Assembly: GCA_002633005.1 (NCBI GenBank)
Contig: NMRA01000125.1
Coordinates: 591,566 to 655,565 of the forward strand
Direction: 5' to 3'
DNA: 64,000 nt
Source of the DNA: Phoronis australis
Taxonomy: Eukaryota; Animalia; Phoronida
In this document: piece after piece, positions 42,076 through 55,750 of the stretch
Layout of the letters: the number at the start of each line of letters is the position of its first letter
Numbering within the stretch: position 1 is the stretch's first letter
The notes under the pieces: generated by a model
Told to the model about the DNA's origin: nothing
What the model saw: the letters and a program-made list of their open reading frames with translations, nothing else
Database searches by the model: none
Made by a program: the position numbers and the translations under genes

Positions 42076-42099
42076 CTGAACATGTTTCGTTGTTGCGGT

Positions 42100-42720
42100 G
42101 CGTGACAACTTGGGTTTTTATCACACCTAACTTATGACATAAGAGGAGCTTTGGAGGTCAACACAAGTATCGATCTGTGCATAGGTCTTCTTTCGTTAAA
42201 CAAGGATCATGACTCAGTCTCGTAAGTAAACTTGACGCAGTTGGTCTGGTCAGTAGTGTTGACATGGTCACTGAAATTGTTCACCTCAGTGATTGCTGGA
42301 TGTTTCTTCTAGGATATTATCAGTACATGTATACGTCTTCAAGAGTTTAGGTTTGGCCTCACATTTGTAGCAGCAGCCAGCCGGATTTCCATCAACACCT
42401 CGGGCTGTCACTGAACTCTTTGCTATGTCCACAACCATAATATAGACTGGCATAATGTAAATGTCCTACCCGTGATACCGGAAAGAAAACACACTGGATC
42501 AAGCGAAAGCGTAGTACTGATGTACAATGTATCAGGAAATCAGGCAACAGGTTCATGAACCGTGACGAAGGTTAGTACAATCTTTTAGACATTTATGACA
42601 TCGTATAACGGGTCCAAGGTTGGAACGGCGTCATCACGTGACTGTATGTCCATCTACAGTCACCACTCTGTGAGTGACTCCAGCCATTAACGGTCGAAAT
42701 CGTTCAACTTATTGTAAGTA
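42100..42720 (+). mobile_element. Penelope-like element remnant, inverted relative to 38225-38880
   Basis: HNHNIDWHNVNVL...GNRFMNRDEG; DNA similarity to the reverse complement of 38280-38560; decayed hammerhead (ctgtgag...ggtcgaaat) at 42668-42700. Confidence 0.75.
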
Positions 42721-42833
42721 AACGATTTTTGTCTCAGTTAAGTCGATTAGAAATTAGAATTCCTAATTGAGTGTCATGTTTTTCCTCGTGTGTGGGTGGG
42801 CGCAGGTTGTTACAGACAGGTACTAATAGTTTT

Positions 42834-43507
42834 TGATGCGACGATTGACTGAAGACTGGTTCGAGTTAATCCTTTATTAATCCCGACCGTACGTTCACAA
42901 GCCTACTCAAACAAAACGTCCGACGTAATGTCTGTTTATGCTCCAACCAGTGCTGCGAAGTCTTGACTTGTGACGAACTTCTGATACATGTTCAGCAACT
43001 GTTACACTCGTTGATTCAATAACCTGCTGCCTCTAAAGCTGGCTCTCTATTGACTATCGCTGTAACTGCTGATTCTCTTCACTGCAACTCAACTGTAGTT
43101 CTCCTGATTAACTTTCTTGAACTCACTTGATCTTCTCGTGAACTGACTTGATTTTCTCTTGAACTGACGTGATCTGATTAACACAAACCCGTGCTTGTGT
43201 ATTTATAGCCTAATGCATTGTTCTGGAACTTTTCATCAATTTAAGCACTTTCCTGAATCTACCCAACCATTCTACAAATATGTACTAGTCTCTAGAATAT
43301 TCCAGACTGAATTGCTAGAGTCTTCTAGAAAGTTCCACACTATACTGTAGTAAACAAATTACATCATCACTGTTCTGACCTCAGTCTTCTAGAAAGTTCC
43401 ACACTATTTTGTAGTAAACAAATTACATCATCATTGTACTTAACTCAGGGGTCATGCCAATCAAACAGAATAACAACACAAAACAATACAACTAAAAATA
43501 CGTAACT
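42834..43507 (-). mobile_element. Probable solo LTR (Gypsy-like) with heat-shock elements and a 64-bp internal duplication
   Basis: TGATGCG...CGTAAC ends; minus-strand TATA (43200-43208) upstream of minus-strand AATAAA (42873-42878); TTCTAGAAAGTTC at 43323 and 43387. No clean TSD seen. Confidence 0.65.
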
Positions 43508-46500
43508 GTCAGACTATATTTTGACACTGAGTTTTGGACAACAGTGCTTAAAAATGGTATCTGAAAGTTTCATACTCTATGAGTACGATCAGCCATTTCG
43601 CTTTAAGTTTTTTTTTAAATTTTGCACTTTTGCATGAGGGACTATCGGAAATGGGACTTTTATGATTTTTATATCTAGATAGTTGGCTAAATGCAAAGGC
43701 TTGTCGATTAGGTCCAAAGTAACCTCGATGGACGCTCTTTCAAACTAGCGGTATATACATGTAGCTGTCGATCTTACAAAGGTACTGCAACAGGGCAGAT
43801 CAGCAAAGGACCTAACAACTAACGTTTGGAAAATCACGGTTAGGCATGTCTCAGCTTCAGGAAGAAGTGAAATAAGCAAGCTTACAGCTACGCCATGGCC
43901 GATTTCGAACCAGACTTTAGAAGACACTGGGTAGAAAAGTTGAGAGAATAGTTACGTGCTTCGGTTGCAATGCAAGGTGAAATCTCGCCGAGATTCGCAG
44001 GATCTCGCTTTTATCGCAAAAACTCGGTCTACGCAACGTCCTTAAGTTACAAGACAGAACTTGTACAAACATAAGACGCAACACTGAGGAACAGAGCCGC
44101 ACCCAAGCGAACAGCTCGTTCAATGTATTTCCACATGCAATCTACAGAAACTACTGTACTGCATATTGCGGTCATTTTGTAAATCTTACTTTATTGTGTC
44201 GCTTGGTGGATCATTGGAGAATCGACAAATATTCCGCGAGTTTGAGAGTGTATCCATTAAAATTGTAAACAAAGAGTGTGTAGTATATGTTTCAACAATT
44301 TTGCACATTTAAAGAAAGCATAACACACAGGCACCTTCGAACAAGATTCGTACCACGGATGTTGTGTAAGCTAACAAGAAAAGCCATGTCAAGGTGCAAA
44401 TATTGAACAGCGGAGCACCAGCTGCAGGAAACTGTAACCTTAGTATAACCGATGAAACCTAGATCGAATCTTAATTATTCGCAAGTGCATTTGCAAATCA
44501 GTGAAATTGCTCAGTTTTTGACCGAATGTATTGAAATTATGCATGTACACAATTCTTTGTGTTTAGACCAACAGCTGGCGCGACGGTTTGTTCATTCAAA
44601 TCTAGTTCTGTGATACATATGACCATACCCAGTTTAGGATAGAGTTTCAATGTTCAAAAGTGTTCTTCGAATAGAACACACACAAGCAGACGCTAATTCA
44701 GTTATCACTCAGAAATACATTTATTGTATGCTTACCTGGAAGTGAACGTATTCGTTCTCTGTTTCTTGTTGTGATTGCCCTGAAATTTTATTCTGACTGT
44801 TTAACTGTGTATGAGCTCAATCTCGGTTGATAACGGTTTATCGTCGAGTGAGGAACAATAGGGGGCCTCGCGCAATTTGGGATGATTTCCGTACGGCAAA
44901 ACCACGCAAAATCACGCCCGTGAATGGCCATTGTATTGCGAATAACCTCCAGGGTTACAATAGCAGACTAGTAACACGCTCACTCTGAAGACAATGACTG
45001 ACATCGCTGGCTGAATTGTTGAATTGTGTTAGAAAATTCACAGTTTCAGGTCCATAAACAAGGATTTCGCGACATGTCCAGCGAGTGCTTTGCGTCCACG
45101 GTTCGTTGTGCTTAAGCCACTGTTCAGATATGGCTTGACCTAATTGAACACAGAGATTTCAAAGACTGGTGGGAAGTCAGTTCAAACTTATTTTTTGAGA
45201 TTTTACCAAACATAATGAGGTCTACCTGAAAATAGAAAGGAAATTTGTAACAGATGTTTTCGGTGCGTGTAAATTAATGATTCAAACCCTGTAGCCACTG
45301 CCAGCTATCAATAATACATGTACATGTATAGTGGCGGTAAAATGGTGGACATGCATGAATCTCCCAACTTGCGGGTCAGGCTTGTTAAGAACGGTAGTTT
45401 ACTTTCGTTGTACTAGACATGTGTGCTTGGATTTTATGCACTGACACAGGCTAAGCATATTTCGAGAAATTGAGTAAACACCTCGAAATGCCGTCTAGTC
45501 ATCCCAGTTCCAGACATTAGTCCCTGTATCTACATGTGCAGTGTATGTAAGCCTAAACTGGAGCATGCGTGTAAGTTTCTTGTTTCAGCAAGTATATGGA
45601 CATTCGGATGTGCATGATTGTGGACAAACACAGTAGAATTAGAGTGTCGCCGGATATTTCGGAACCAAGCTATCAGAACTCTGCTGCTGACAACGGTCGG
45701 AAGATGAATACAATGTACCTGTATACAAAATGCAAATTTCAAATCTCATTATGTTAGTGGCGGAACTAATTTCTGCTGTTTATGGCTCATAACGCGAAGT
45801 TGTCGTGAGGACTCGATTGGGACCTCAGGGGTCTCACGCTCCACCGGCTAAATTGAAAAGGCTTTGTCCAGTCACGCGTTGTGGGTCATAAATCGAGATA
45901 ATGATACCAACAGCTGACGCGACAAGCAGAACTACTTTCTTTTACTTCATTTGTGCACTAACTGGAGAAATTTAGAATTAGACTTTTAAACACTATCCGA
46001 TCGTCAACTTTTTTCGGGAGACTTAAATCTCAATGTAGTTTGCGCAAAGACGATGTGCAATTTTTGGAGGTNATTAATAAAAAACTTTTCGAAAGAACGC
46101 AAACGTTCCAGGTAATTGGATATTGCTACAATGTTCACATCATGAACATTGTGTTAGCTGTCACCACGTCAATTTAATAAAGCAACTCGTTTGTTCTATG
46201 TCACGCCCTTTGAGAGTTTTCAGTTAATCGAGTCTCGGTCAATCGACGTTAGCTACATGTATATATGGAATCACTTATTTTTTGACCAAATTCTCACTAA
46301 TTTTACTGTGACACAAGCCTGGTCATTTCAGAGACAAGCCGGTGACTGCGGATCTGCTGCTGGTTATTTTCTCACATACAGTACGTGTCATGTGGATTTG
46401 GTCATACTAAACGTTCAGATTCCGCAACACCAGCAGTGTAGCGCTTGTGTGTTGAGAATTGAGGTTTCCTTTCCACGACCTCTCATTTTTGAAACAACAT

Positions 46501-46517
46501 ATTTGTGTTGTTTTCAG

Positions 46518-46594
46518 CTGCTGTAAATCTTACTTTCTGTCCAAAAAGATGGATTTAATTAAAAGTCGGCCTGGACTTGACCTAATTGTCAAAG
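46518..46594 (+). CDS. Candidate exon of an unidentified long-intron gene (contains MDLIKSRPGLDLIVK)
   Basis: Acceptor tttgtgttgttttcag, in-frame aagATGg at 46549, donor AAG|gttagt, ends in phase 1. Confidence 0.42.
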
Positions 46595-46837
46595 GTTAGT
46601 TCTGGGCAAGAGACAATGCTTATTAAGCAGGATTGTCACGGTCCGGCCATTTTTATGTAGGCCCAGATACCAAACCAGCTTTATAGCGCAATGTACGGGT
46701 TCAATATCAAAAAGTAGTTTCCCGTTTGTAACAACCTAACTCATTATTGGATTAACTGCATTATTTCACTGTTGTTCAAGCAAAAATAATTAGGACCGGG
46801 AAAGAGTGATGAAGCTCAATCATTTCTCCAAAGGCCC

Positions 46838-47108
46838 GGCTACACGACAAGATCATGCGCGCACCCGGAGAGGGGGAGCTTGAGAGGCTCGGATTGGGCA
46901 ATAATTTCGGCCTCAGAGAAACAAAATCTACGAAAAAAGTACAAAACGAGATAAAATTCCTCTAAAGAGGCAGGAACTACCAAAATTCGGCGAATGCACA
47001 AATCATAGTTCTGAACGTAGCCTATGAACCTTAGTAAAAGGTCCACATTCTCAAAAATTCGAGCCCCCAATTTTTTAGGGTGCGCGCATGCAAATCCGTC
47101 GTATGGGT
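46838..47108. mobile_element. MITE with imperfect TIRs
   Basis: ACGAC...CATGCGCGCACC / GGTGCGCGCATG...GTCGT. Confidence 0.45.
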
Positions 47109-50100
47109 TAGAACGATTGGTCTGTCAGATTATTTAGACAGATGTTTCGATTCGACTTTAAGAACTAAAACGTCGTATTCGACATGTTGAATAAACAGAG
47201 CATGGCTTGTTGCTCTTATTCTCTACTGACCGACTCAGAAGTATACCATACAGTGTACACTGTACATGTACACTGTATGCATGTTCTCTCCGATTGTCGT
47301 AAAGGTCCGTTTACACCATTTTACTAGGATTTGTGTCGAAACTGAATAACATAACATGTTTTTGGTCTGCAAAGGTCTGAGTAGAACGAAAGTTGAACAG
47401 TCGAATCTGTACGGCTCTGTACACGACTTTTGAACTTCTTTACATCAAAATTGTCATGGGTGGCATTGTCTACGAGCTTTTAGCTCAAAAAGTAGTGTCA
47501 CAGAACACCTGGCTTCACGTTCCGAATGGTTGTTTACCACAGTGTGTATTACACGAAAAAGCGGAATGTGTGAGCTGGAGAGGTCTTTACAAAACATTAG
47601 TCCTAAAATTATTGGAATTCTGCTACAAGTTCTTTAACGCCAAGATCTATTGCATACACTTCATAGTTAGCCATTTTTCTGAATTGCGCAATCATTACTG
47701 GCGCATTCTGCAGGTTGTAGGTGCGAAAATACTGGATTATTTAACGGTGTTGGTTAGCGCCTACGGACGCAAATATCACCTTGTTTAAGCCGATTGAGTA
47801 CCAAAGCGAAATGTCAACGCTTTTTTTAGAGCCAAAAGCCATAAGCCCCGAGTTAAAGATAGTTGTCAGTGTAATATGCGTATGCAGAATTATTTTTAAA
47901 GTAAGTGCAAAATTGCCAGTTAATGACCTTAATTCCAATTTTATTTGTGTCGAATCAATACAAACCAGTCATAATGTTGGCAAAGGTACTGAGCTAAATG
48001 TCAAAGAAGTTATTTTATTGTGTGATCGATCATCAGGTAGAACACCACTGTCTGTGACCTAAATGATTTTGATCGCGTTATTGCCGTGTTGTCGTTAATG
48101 TTTAAATTGAAAGAGATGAAAGTAGGTTTACTGCCGCTTCAATCTAAAACGATTATTTTCTGTTACGCTTTATCTCGTCTCATTCATGTCAACAAATGAA
48201 AAATGGTGCATGGTAAAAAATACCTTGCAGCGCAGTGTTACTAAGAAAGCGTTAGGGAATTTCAATGGCATATTTTTTCAAGATTGCAGCGCCAATTTTT
48301 GAGGTTTACAGGAGAAGGTTTCACATAAATGATAGATATCTAACTTTAATAATTTAGCGCTTGCCCACTTTCAACAACAATTTATCAAACAATTAACTAG
48401 GTGTAATCCTTCACAAAGCCGAATCTGCGCATGCGCGTACGTGTCAAACTTAGTACAACCTCACAGGCTAAATTTTAGAAATCCTGTCTGCACTGAGTGA
48501 GGTCACAGAAAAAATTCTACTCGCTGACGAGAGTGTGTTGGTTTTGATAGATTCTCGTGCCAACGATTCTTGGATTTCAGTGATTAATTGGAGTGCCCAT
48601 GGCTGCCATTCCTAGTAATTGATGTTTGTGTTCATATTGTGGCATTACCCCTCCAGGTGGCACTCCGTACCTGATTTTATTCGTCGACTGCACTGAATAT
48701 TACAATTTTAGCTCGTTAATGTCAACCTGCAAAAACATTTGATTGGTTCAACAGTTATAACGGTATTTAGTTCGATGATGAACTAATCTGGTGAGATCAC
48801 GTGCACCGATTGTAATGTACGTGCATAGAGCACCCCGAGGAGTCGCGAAGATTTTAGTGGCATCCGAAACGTGCAAAGACTTTAGTGTAGACAGTTCTAT
48901 ATATTCATGTTGGTAGCCGAAGAAAAACAACTTCAGAAGTACGTGCCGTTTGTCTGTGACATGATGACTTGAACGATAATAATTTGTTATTTGCCTGTAC
49001 TATTAGTAAAAAAGTCGTTCTTAATGAATGGATTAGTGCCAAGGTCAGTGGTTAGCATCGAGCTCTTAGCCAGACTGCGTTAACCATCTTTGTTCTCAAA
49101 GCGGTGTAACTGTAACATTAAAAAATTGCTCTATAAACGAGACCCTTTTGCATTTTCGGTTAACGGGTCACCCTTTTTAGAACGTAAAATCGCGTAACTT
49201 GACACTCGGATGACGATTATAATAGAGCATATGGGTAGCAAAATTTCGAACAGGAATATGAATCTGTATTGTATTGGGTTTCCGAAAAGCATATCAGGGC
49301 CGGAAACTCACATCGACCCCAACTTGAAAGCATGTAACCTACAATGTACAAGTAAGCCTCCATAGCGTAACATGGCCGGCGGATACGTTAATAAGCTCAA
49401 TACTCAACGCCAGTTAAGTTTTTCAACAAGTATTCACCATTATTTTTTATAAAACGTGAACACATTTTAGGGAAGAAATGGAAAAATGATCATTTTAAAA
49501 CCGGCCAGTAACTGCCTGTAATTTTGACCGCCACCTTTCTCCACTGAATATACGTGCAGGGCATTGAGCTTATTCTCAAAACCCGGGACTACGCGAACAC
49601 TGTGTGGACATTTCGGCATTATTATATCCTAAACGTGGATTAACTCGATCAACAAGCTGGTTCATATTCATTGTTCCTTGTCATAATTTCAAAATGAACA
49701 TTCAGGAAGTATTGATATATCACAATGCAACTATTGCGAATCAGCCCAATCACGGAAGGACTGTGAAATATTGTGATGTCGCCTCTTGTACTCGTCGATA
49801 CTTTGATTGTGAAATCATTTTTTGTTGCAGTATGGAAAAGTAAGATCTTGTCTTATGGTCTAGTCTTAATGCGCGACGTTGAACTCGAAATTAGTTTTGT
49901 GTGAACTCAAGATAAGCATCTTGTCACTCTCTACTCAAGCACATTATGGCATACAAATATATCTATGAGCTTCTAAATCAAATTTGTACCTGATGTTCCT
50001 AATATTTGAGCTCCAAATTAGCATAAAACTTAAGGAAAAACTGAGAATCTATTCGATTTTCCGAATTCAATCTGTAACTTATAGTTTATGTCGTGTTACG

Positions 50101-51289
50101 AAGTACAAGATAGAATTAGAAAATCATCCAATGTACTCGAGCACAAACTATACACTGTACTGTATGTGCTGAGTTAGCTCAAATGTAGAATGAAAAGGGT
50201 AAAAATATTTTCGATTTCGATTTCGAATAAAAAAATAGACCTCGGAATCGCGTTTGCCCACTGGTTTTTATAATTAGCGATTCAAGTGGTGTAAAAAAGT
50301 TCATCCAATTGACCATATTATTGCATTTTTCCCCGACTAACCGTTCGTTATATTTGATATTAGAATACATAGAACGCATGGACTTAAATATTGCGTTTTC
50401 TGAAAACAGTTCAGTATATGTATATTCGATTCAGGTCGTGCAGGATTCCTTGGTCTGTTTGAAACAATACTTTATCAATATGACGAACATTTCATTTCAA
50501 GTCCTGCATTGCTCGTGCTATGTCTTTTGAAGGACGAAAATAACAAATCAATCGAAAGGTATGAATTAAAGATCAAAGGTTTTAAATGAAATGAAATTTG
50601 CCCAGATATCCTTCTAACTCACGGTAACTATTTAGCAACTGAATTAATCGTGCACACGGCACTCATTAAAGATGGGAATAACGTTTGATTTTTAATGTGT
50701 TCCATGCACTTTTTGTCTGAACGCAGCGCGTGTTGGTATTTTGTGTTCAATAGCAGTTCATAAACAATAGATTTGGAACTCCGACATTCTCTTGCGAAAT
50801 ATCCTAGAGGAGGCGCCACCCTCTAAACATAGTAGACTCAGCTTCCAGTTAGGGTATTGTGACGGGAAATTCTTCCATCTATTTTACTGTCTAGTATAAC
50901 GAAAAAATAGTAACTTCGGCATTGAAACGCTGTTCAAGGTCTTCCAATAGTTTGAGCGACACCAGCGTGCTTTTGAGCTTAAAATGAAACGTCCCGTGGA
51001 ATTAAACTGCTGTTGAAGTGCAAGATTGGTTTTTGAGTAGGCCTTGTGGTTATTTCTGGCGTAATAATATGAGCTTTATTCAAGACGTTAACATTTTACG
51101 AGCGTTCAATTTATTTAAACACGGATGAAAGTTGGGCAAAATCACCGGAAGTAAAGTTTGATATGTTTGCCAGGTGTCGCTAGTGAATAATGACGTCATG
51201 GCTTATGTGGAAGATCGCAGATTTCGTCCATTGAAAATATACGTAGTTGGTGGTCAATGTACTATAGTATATTATTTAACTTGATTAAG

Positions 51290-51800
51290 GGGCTTCAATC
51301 ACAATTTTGTTTACTAGTTAGACTAGTAATTGGCTATTCATGTACATTTATGTCTCGGATGAAAACAACAGCAAATCTTTTTGAGTATCAAGCTGGCTTC
51401 TGAAAGGGATACTCTACGCTAGACCTGCCTCCCGTTCAGTAGCGCTAGGACCTCGCTAAAAAGCAAGACTTCGCGAGATTACGTGAGATATTGTCGTGTA
51501 TTTTAAATGAGAGCACGTGACTTTGACTAGGTTTTAGCTAGGTCCTAGCGTAGGTCCTAGCGTCTACTGAACGCACGCCAGGTGTTCACGTTTCAAGTTT
51601 CGGGCAATAAATATAGTAAGTAGGGTGGTATGTTTCATTACGCGTTTATTAACATCTCAAAAGCATTCGACCGTACTCTCCATGATTTACTTTTTCATAG
51701 ATTGAAAAGTATTGATGTACACATTAAGGTTTTCAGAATACGTCTTTCTACGTATAGTAAATGTTGCACTTGCATGAAAAATCGAATTTGGTTGTGCTGT
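51290..51800 (+). mobile_element. Decayed non-LTR retrotransposon reverse transcriptase fragment
   Basis: EYQAGF*KGYSTLD[MITE]QVF...GGMFHYAFINISKAFDRTLHDLLFHRL matches the LINE RT motifs QxGFR and FxDxxKAFD. Confidence 0.85.
51428..51578. mobile_element. 151-bp Harbinger-type MITE, copy 3 (inserted in a LINE RT remnant)
   Basis: Flanked by CTG/CAG; removing it restores the RT reading GYSTLD-QVF. Confidence 0.88.
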
Positions 51801-51959
51801 TTACACTTTTCAACCCAATATCATTTTTCGAGATACAGGATCAAATGGGAGGGGGTGTGTGGAAGATACTCCTTGTACTCTATAAATTCTGCTTCAAAAT
51901 TCCCGGCGAGGATGCCCAGTGTCCGTGGGGTAAATGGAACATACGAAAAGAAACTTGTC

Positions 51960-53000
51960 TAATTTTTAATGTTTATTACGAAGTCATCAGAATACAATGA
52001 ATATACATAACCCAGAAAGCGCCAAGAGGCATTAGATCTGGGTTAAAAATACAAAGAAGCCTTTATACAATTACTATACACCAATACATAAATTAAAAAC
52101 ATGATGTTAAGATTACAATGATATATGATTACGAATGTAAATAATTCATTTTCATACACAAGTATACAATTCTAACGACTCACACAAAGAGATATAATGT
52201 TATAAAGAAATTCTGAAACTATTTCAAATAAAACCTTATTTTCATTTGGCGGGTTGAGTTCTTGACATCCATATAAAAATAATTTTGTTGTACAATTGCG
52301 GAATTTCAGAATATTATTTGTAGACATTGGGGTATTGCTCGAGTGTCTGGAAAAGCTGTACCCTCAGCTCCTTGCATACGTCACAAGCAAAGAAAACATG
52401 AGGATATGTCTGAAACTATTGTCAGTGTATGACTTATCAGATGATTGGAACAGCCATAATGTGACGAACCAAGCACATTCCCTAAACGTACTTTCCCAGC
52501 GTGTCAACGACTGCCATCTACATCCTGTGCAAAGCTGATAATCAGATATCGAATGTAACTCAAAATAACTTCTCGAAATAATTAATATCCGACGTAGAGT
52601 ATTTATTCAGGCGCTGACTCGACTGCTGTGCTCAAGTAATCATTTCTTGCGAAAATAAGTAGCATAGGTTATATAATTTGGGTTGCGTACTCCGTGAAAT
52701 ACGAATACCATTCTTTCTTAGTGTGCATTGGGTACCAAGATCTTCCTGGTACAGTACTTTTAATAGTGGTCGATGCTGTCATTCTCCCATATTATTTATA
52801 TTTGAATTTTCATGACAAAGCTATCTACAAGGCAAGGCGGAAAATCCGATACGAACGTAATTAAGAACTGTCTTACTCTGTGAGATTTAAAGTAATGCGT
52901 TTCCTGAAGAATTATACAGAAATAGTTGGTATTCTACATGTCAGTCAATGACCCGACTGCTGTGTTAGCCTTATAATCCTTGTGAAAATATACTGTTTAG
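51960..53000 (-). mobile_element. Decayed CR1/L2-group LINE 3' end
   Basis: Minus strand HVFFACDVCKELRVQLF...LFLYGCQEL...NKVLFEIVSEF resembles an ORF2 C-terminus; tail hairpin cccaga...tctggg and AATAAA near 51970. Confidence 0.65.
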
Positions 53001-53021
53001 GTTATCTTATTTGGGTCGTGT

Positions 53022-53760
53022 CAGGCCCTAAGCCGGGGGGAGGGGGTTTGGGGGGCGGGTTCGATCGAATCCCCCTCCGCGGAAAAAGTCCAGCCAGAGG
53101 CCCAGCCTAAAGAGATATAGATGACGGCAACAACAGCAACAACAACAGAATTGCTGCAACTGCTGGTACTGCTAACTACAATGATAACTAAGTTAGTAGT
53201 AATTTTAAATTTACTTCTGATTCAAAGTGCTTCACGTAGTCATCGGGCCGCACCCGGCCCCACTTCGCCCTAGTGGTGTTTGCGCAGATGACAGCATCGT
53301 GCAGATGATTAGAGGAGGTTTTACGTCATTAATTGGCATTGAACGTGATTGTTTGCTATACCATTATTGTCGATATTATCGTTGGCCAAATGGGTGAGCG
53401 TTACGCCTTTAAATTACGCTCGTAAGTTAATTCTTGTTAGAGGCGTAAAGTAATTATATGCGGTGCAAAGTAATTCTTTACAGCGTAAAGTAATTATTGA
53501 CGACGTTAAGTAATTATTTACGACGTAAAATAATTATTACATTACGACGAAATGTAATTATTTGTGACGACAAAACTTACTTTACGCCGCGAATAATTAC
53601 TTTACGCCGTAAAAAGTTACTTAACTCTGCAAATAATTTCTATACACCGCATATAATTTTTTACGCCGTAAAAAGTTTCCTTACGCCGCAAATAAATACT
53701 TTACACCGTAAATAATTACTTTACGCCGCAAATAGTTACTTAACGCCTCCAACAAGAATT
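53022..53760. mobile_element. Partial inverted copy of the 9246-10350 element with a ~20-bp tandem array
   Basis: Shared sequence (gcaactgctggtact...taagttagtagtaatttt...catcgggccg); the taattactttacgccgcaaa-like array switches orientation near 53520. Confidence 0.75.
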
Positions 53761-54336
53761 ATCTTACACTTAATTTAAAGGCCCAACGATACACCGTAGT
53801 GTAACAAAGGAGTCTAGTAGTAAATGTCTAACTAGCTGAGCAGCGAAAGAGCTCCCAAAAAGTAGTGTGGTGTGATTGCCTTAAAATCGACCAAGAAACA
53901 AAACAGCAGATTTGTCATCTGTTATTTTGGTATACCTGCTAGCATAGCTTGGTAAGATGCAGGCATTTGCGAATTTCGAATTGAAGGTGATCGTCAAATG
54001 ATTGTTGTTCATCCAGTGTCCACTTTGATAGTGGATTGGTGGATTGACATGCATACGCGTGCATGTGTGCGCTTCCATTCGTTCAAACCCAGTACACGCT
54101 GACGGCATGTTCAATACAGGCAGTCCTCTGTTGCTCAAACAAACAAACATGTAACTACCACTGAGAAAACGTCGACGAGCATGTTCTCAGTATTAGGAAA
54201 AACCAGGTCTAGACCTAATAAAAATTTTGGTCAATGAAGGAAGTACATGTATTCTCTTGTCCATCAGTGACACTGGTACACAGCCTCGCAGACTTCATAC
54301 CAGCAACAAATTTGATGAATTAGATTTACATGTCAG

Positions 54337-54460
54337 TATTCCAAAGGTTCACCACACCGAAGATCCACTACTACGAAGGTTCGCTACTCCGAAAATTCGC
54401 TGCCTTCAAAAGTTCACTACTTCGAATGTCCACAATTCCGAAATCAGAACTCCGACAGTT
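54337..54460. repeat. 15-bp tandem array (CCGAAGGTTCACTACT-like), MITE-derived
   Basis: About 7-8 degenerate units; a shorter related array lies at 9625-9668. Confidence 0.6.
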
Positions 54461-55029
54461 CATTAATGAGTCGGAACTGACATGAATGAAGTATTGTATT
54501 TGTGTCCATCATGTAGTAACCATTTAAAGGGTGTGCAAGAGTTGAACAGACTTAAAACATTGGTTACATTGCTTACAAATGAGCTCAGTTCCAAAAACTG
54601 CCAATCGTGATTCTTGGATCTAACTGACGATTCATTCTCAAGCTGGGACAATACTGTGGCGCACGTGTCAGACTGCTGCGACCAAAGACGGTTTTAAGTT
54701 TAAGAACACTAGATGGGACTCCTTTACTTTGTAAAAACTGGAAACGAAAGGGTAGCATTCTAAACACTTATAGTCTTGACTGGCCTTGCTCGGGGGGCCG
54801 TCGGTGAGATTGAGGAGCAGCAGCCCTAAACTAGCTCAGTTGTGCCCTGAAATGATGTGACCTTGACATTTCGATTTTTTTCTGCATTCCTGCCTCACCA
54901 TCTGAATATCCCGCTTTTTGACACACAGCCAAGTTGACATATTATCATATACTATTGTAATTTCCCACACGACATGGCCCCAATTTTCCGCTTGACTAAA
55001 AAAAAAAACAAAACAACGGGACGTTTTTT

Positions 55030-55750
55030 TGCGGCATCCGCTGTGCCCCATTCAACATTAACAACAACAAAATCGCTGTCGGGCATTTTTGGGTGCTACA
55101 TGTACATCTACCGTTCGACAAAACGTTGTCCAGTGATACGTCTTTGGGTGTTGCTGCGAACATTTCACCTTTACGTTTTGGATTAGATCCAGATATCCCG
55201 CTTTTTATCCTGTAGTCCCGTTTTTCAATCCAGTTGTTCCGTATTTTCGTTCTTGAATGTTGACCGTGACTACTATGCAACAGGTGTTCAAAATAACATT
55301 GTCACTTTTTAGGAATATTGTTATTTTCCAGAGTCCACTTTGTTTAGTAACACACCAATTGTAAAATGTGTTCCAATGACTCTTATTTACGCTAACTTTC
55401 ACTACATGTAGCGGTGTCACTAACTTGTTCTTTTTGATAAAAAGAGTTTATTCCTTAACTTTTATGGAAAGTCCTAGACTGCAACTAACGTGATGAGCTA
55501 TCCCCAGTACATTTCAAAGCTACGTGATAGATGTTTGCTCATTTTTATCTATCAACCCTTTACCTTCATATGTATTTCGATACTTGGAGTAATTTATCGT
55601 ATTTTTCGTATATGTTATAGCATTCTGAATTTTTAGTGAAACATATAATTGTATCAAACGACACCAAAGGTTCAGTTTGTTGACACTCTTGAGTTTTTGA
55701 ATTGAAAAATAAACCAGCCAGGTATGCCAAATGATAATTACTAATGAGTA
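55030..55750 (+). repeat. Dispersed repeat, uninterrupted paralog of 60080-63185
   Basis: Colinear similarity to 60080-60595, 62744-62870 and 63110-63185; single CTA at 55549-55551 where the paralog carries the Academ insert. Confidence 0.8.

Noticed and set aside
53400-53760. Repeat array as a CRISPR-like locus
   Set aside because: Contiguous degenerate ~20-bp units with no unique spacers, inside a MITE, in eukaryotic context, and no cas genes.
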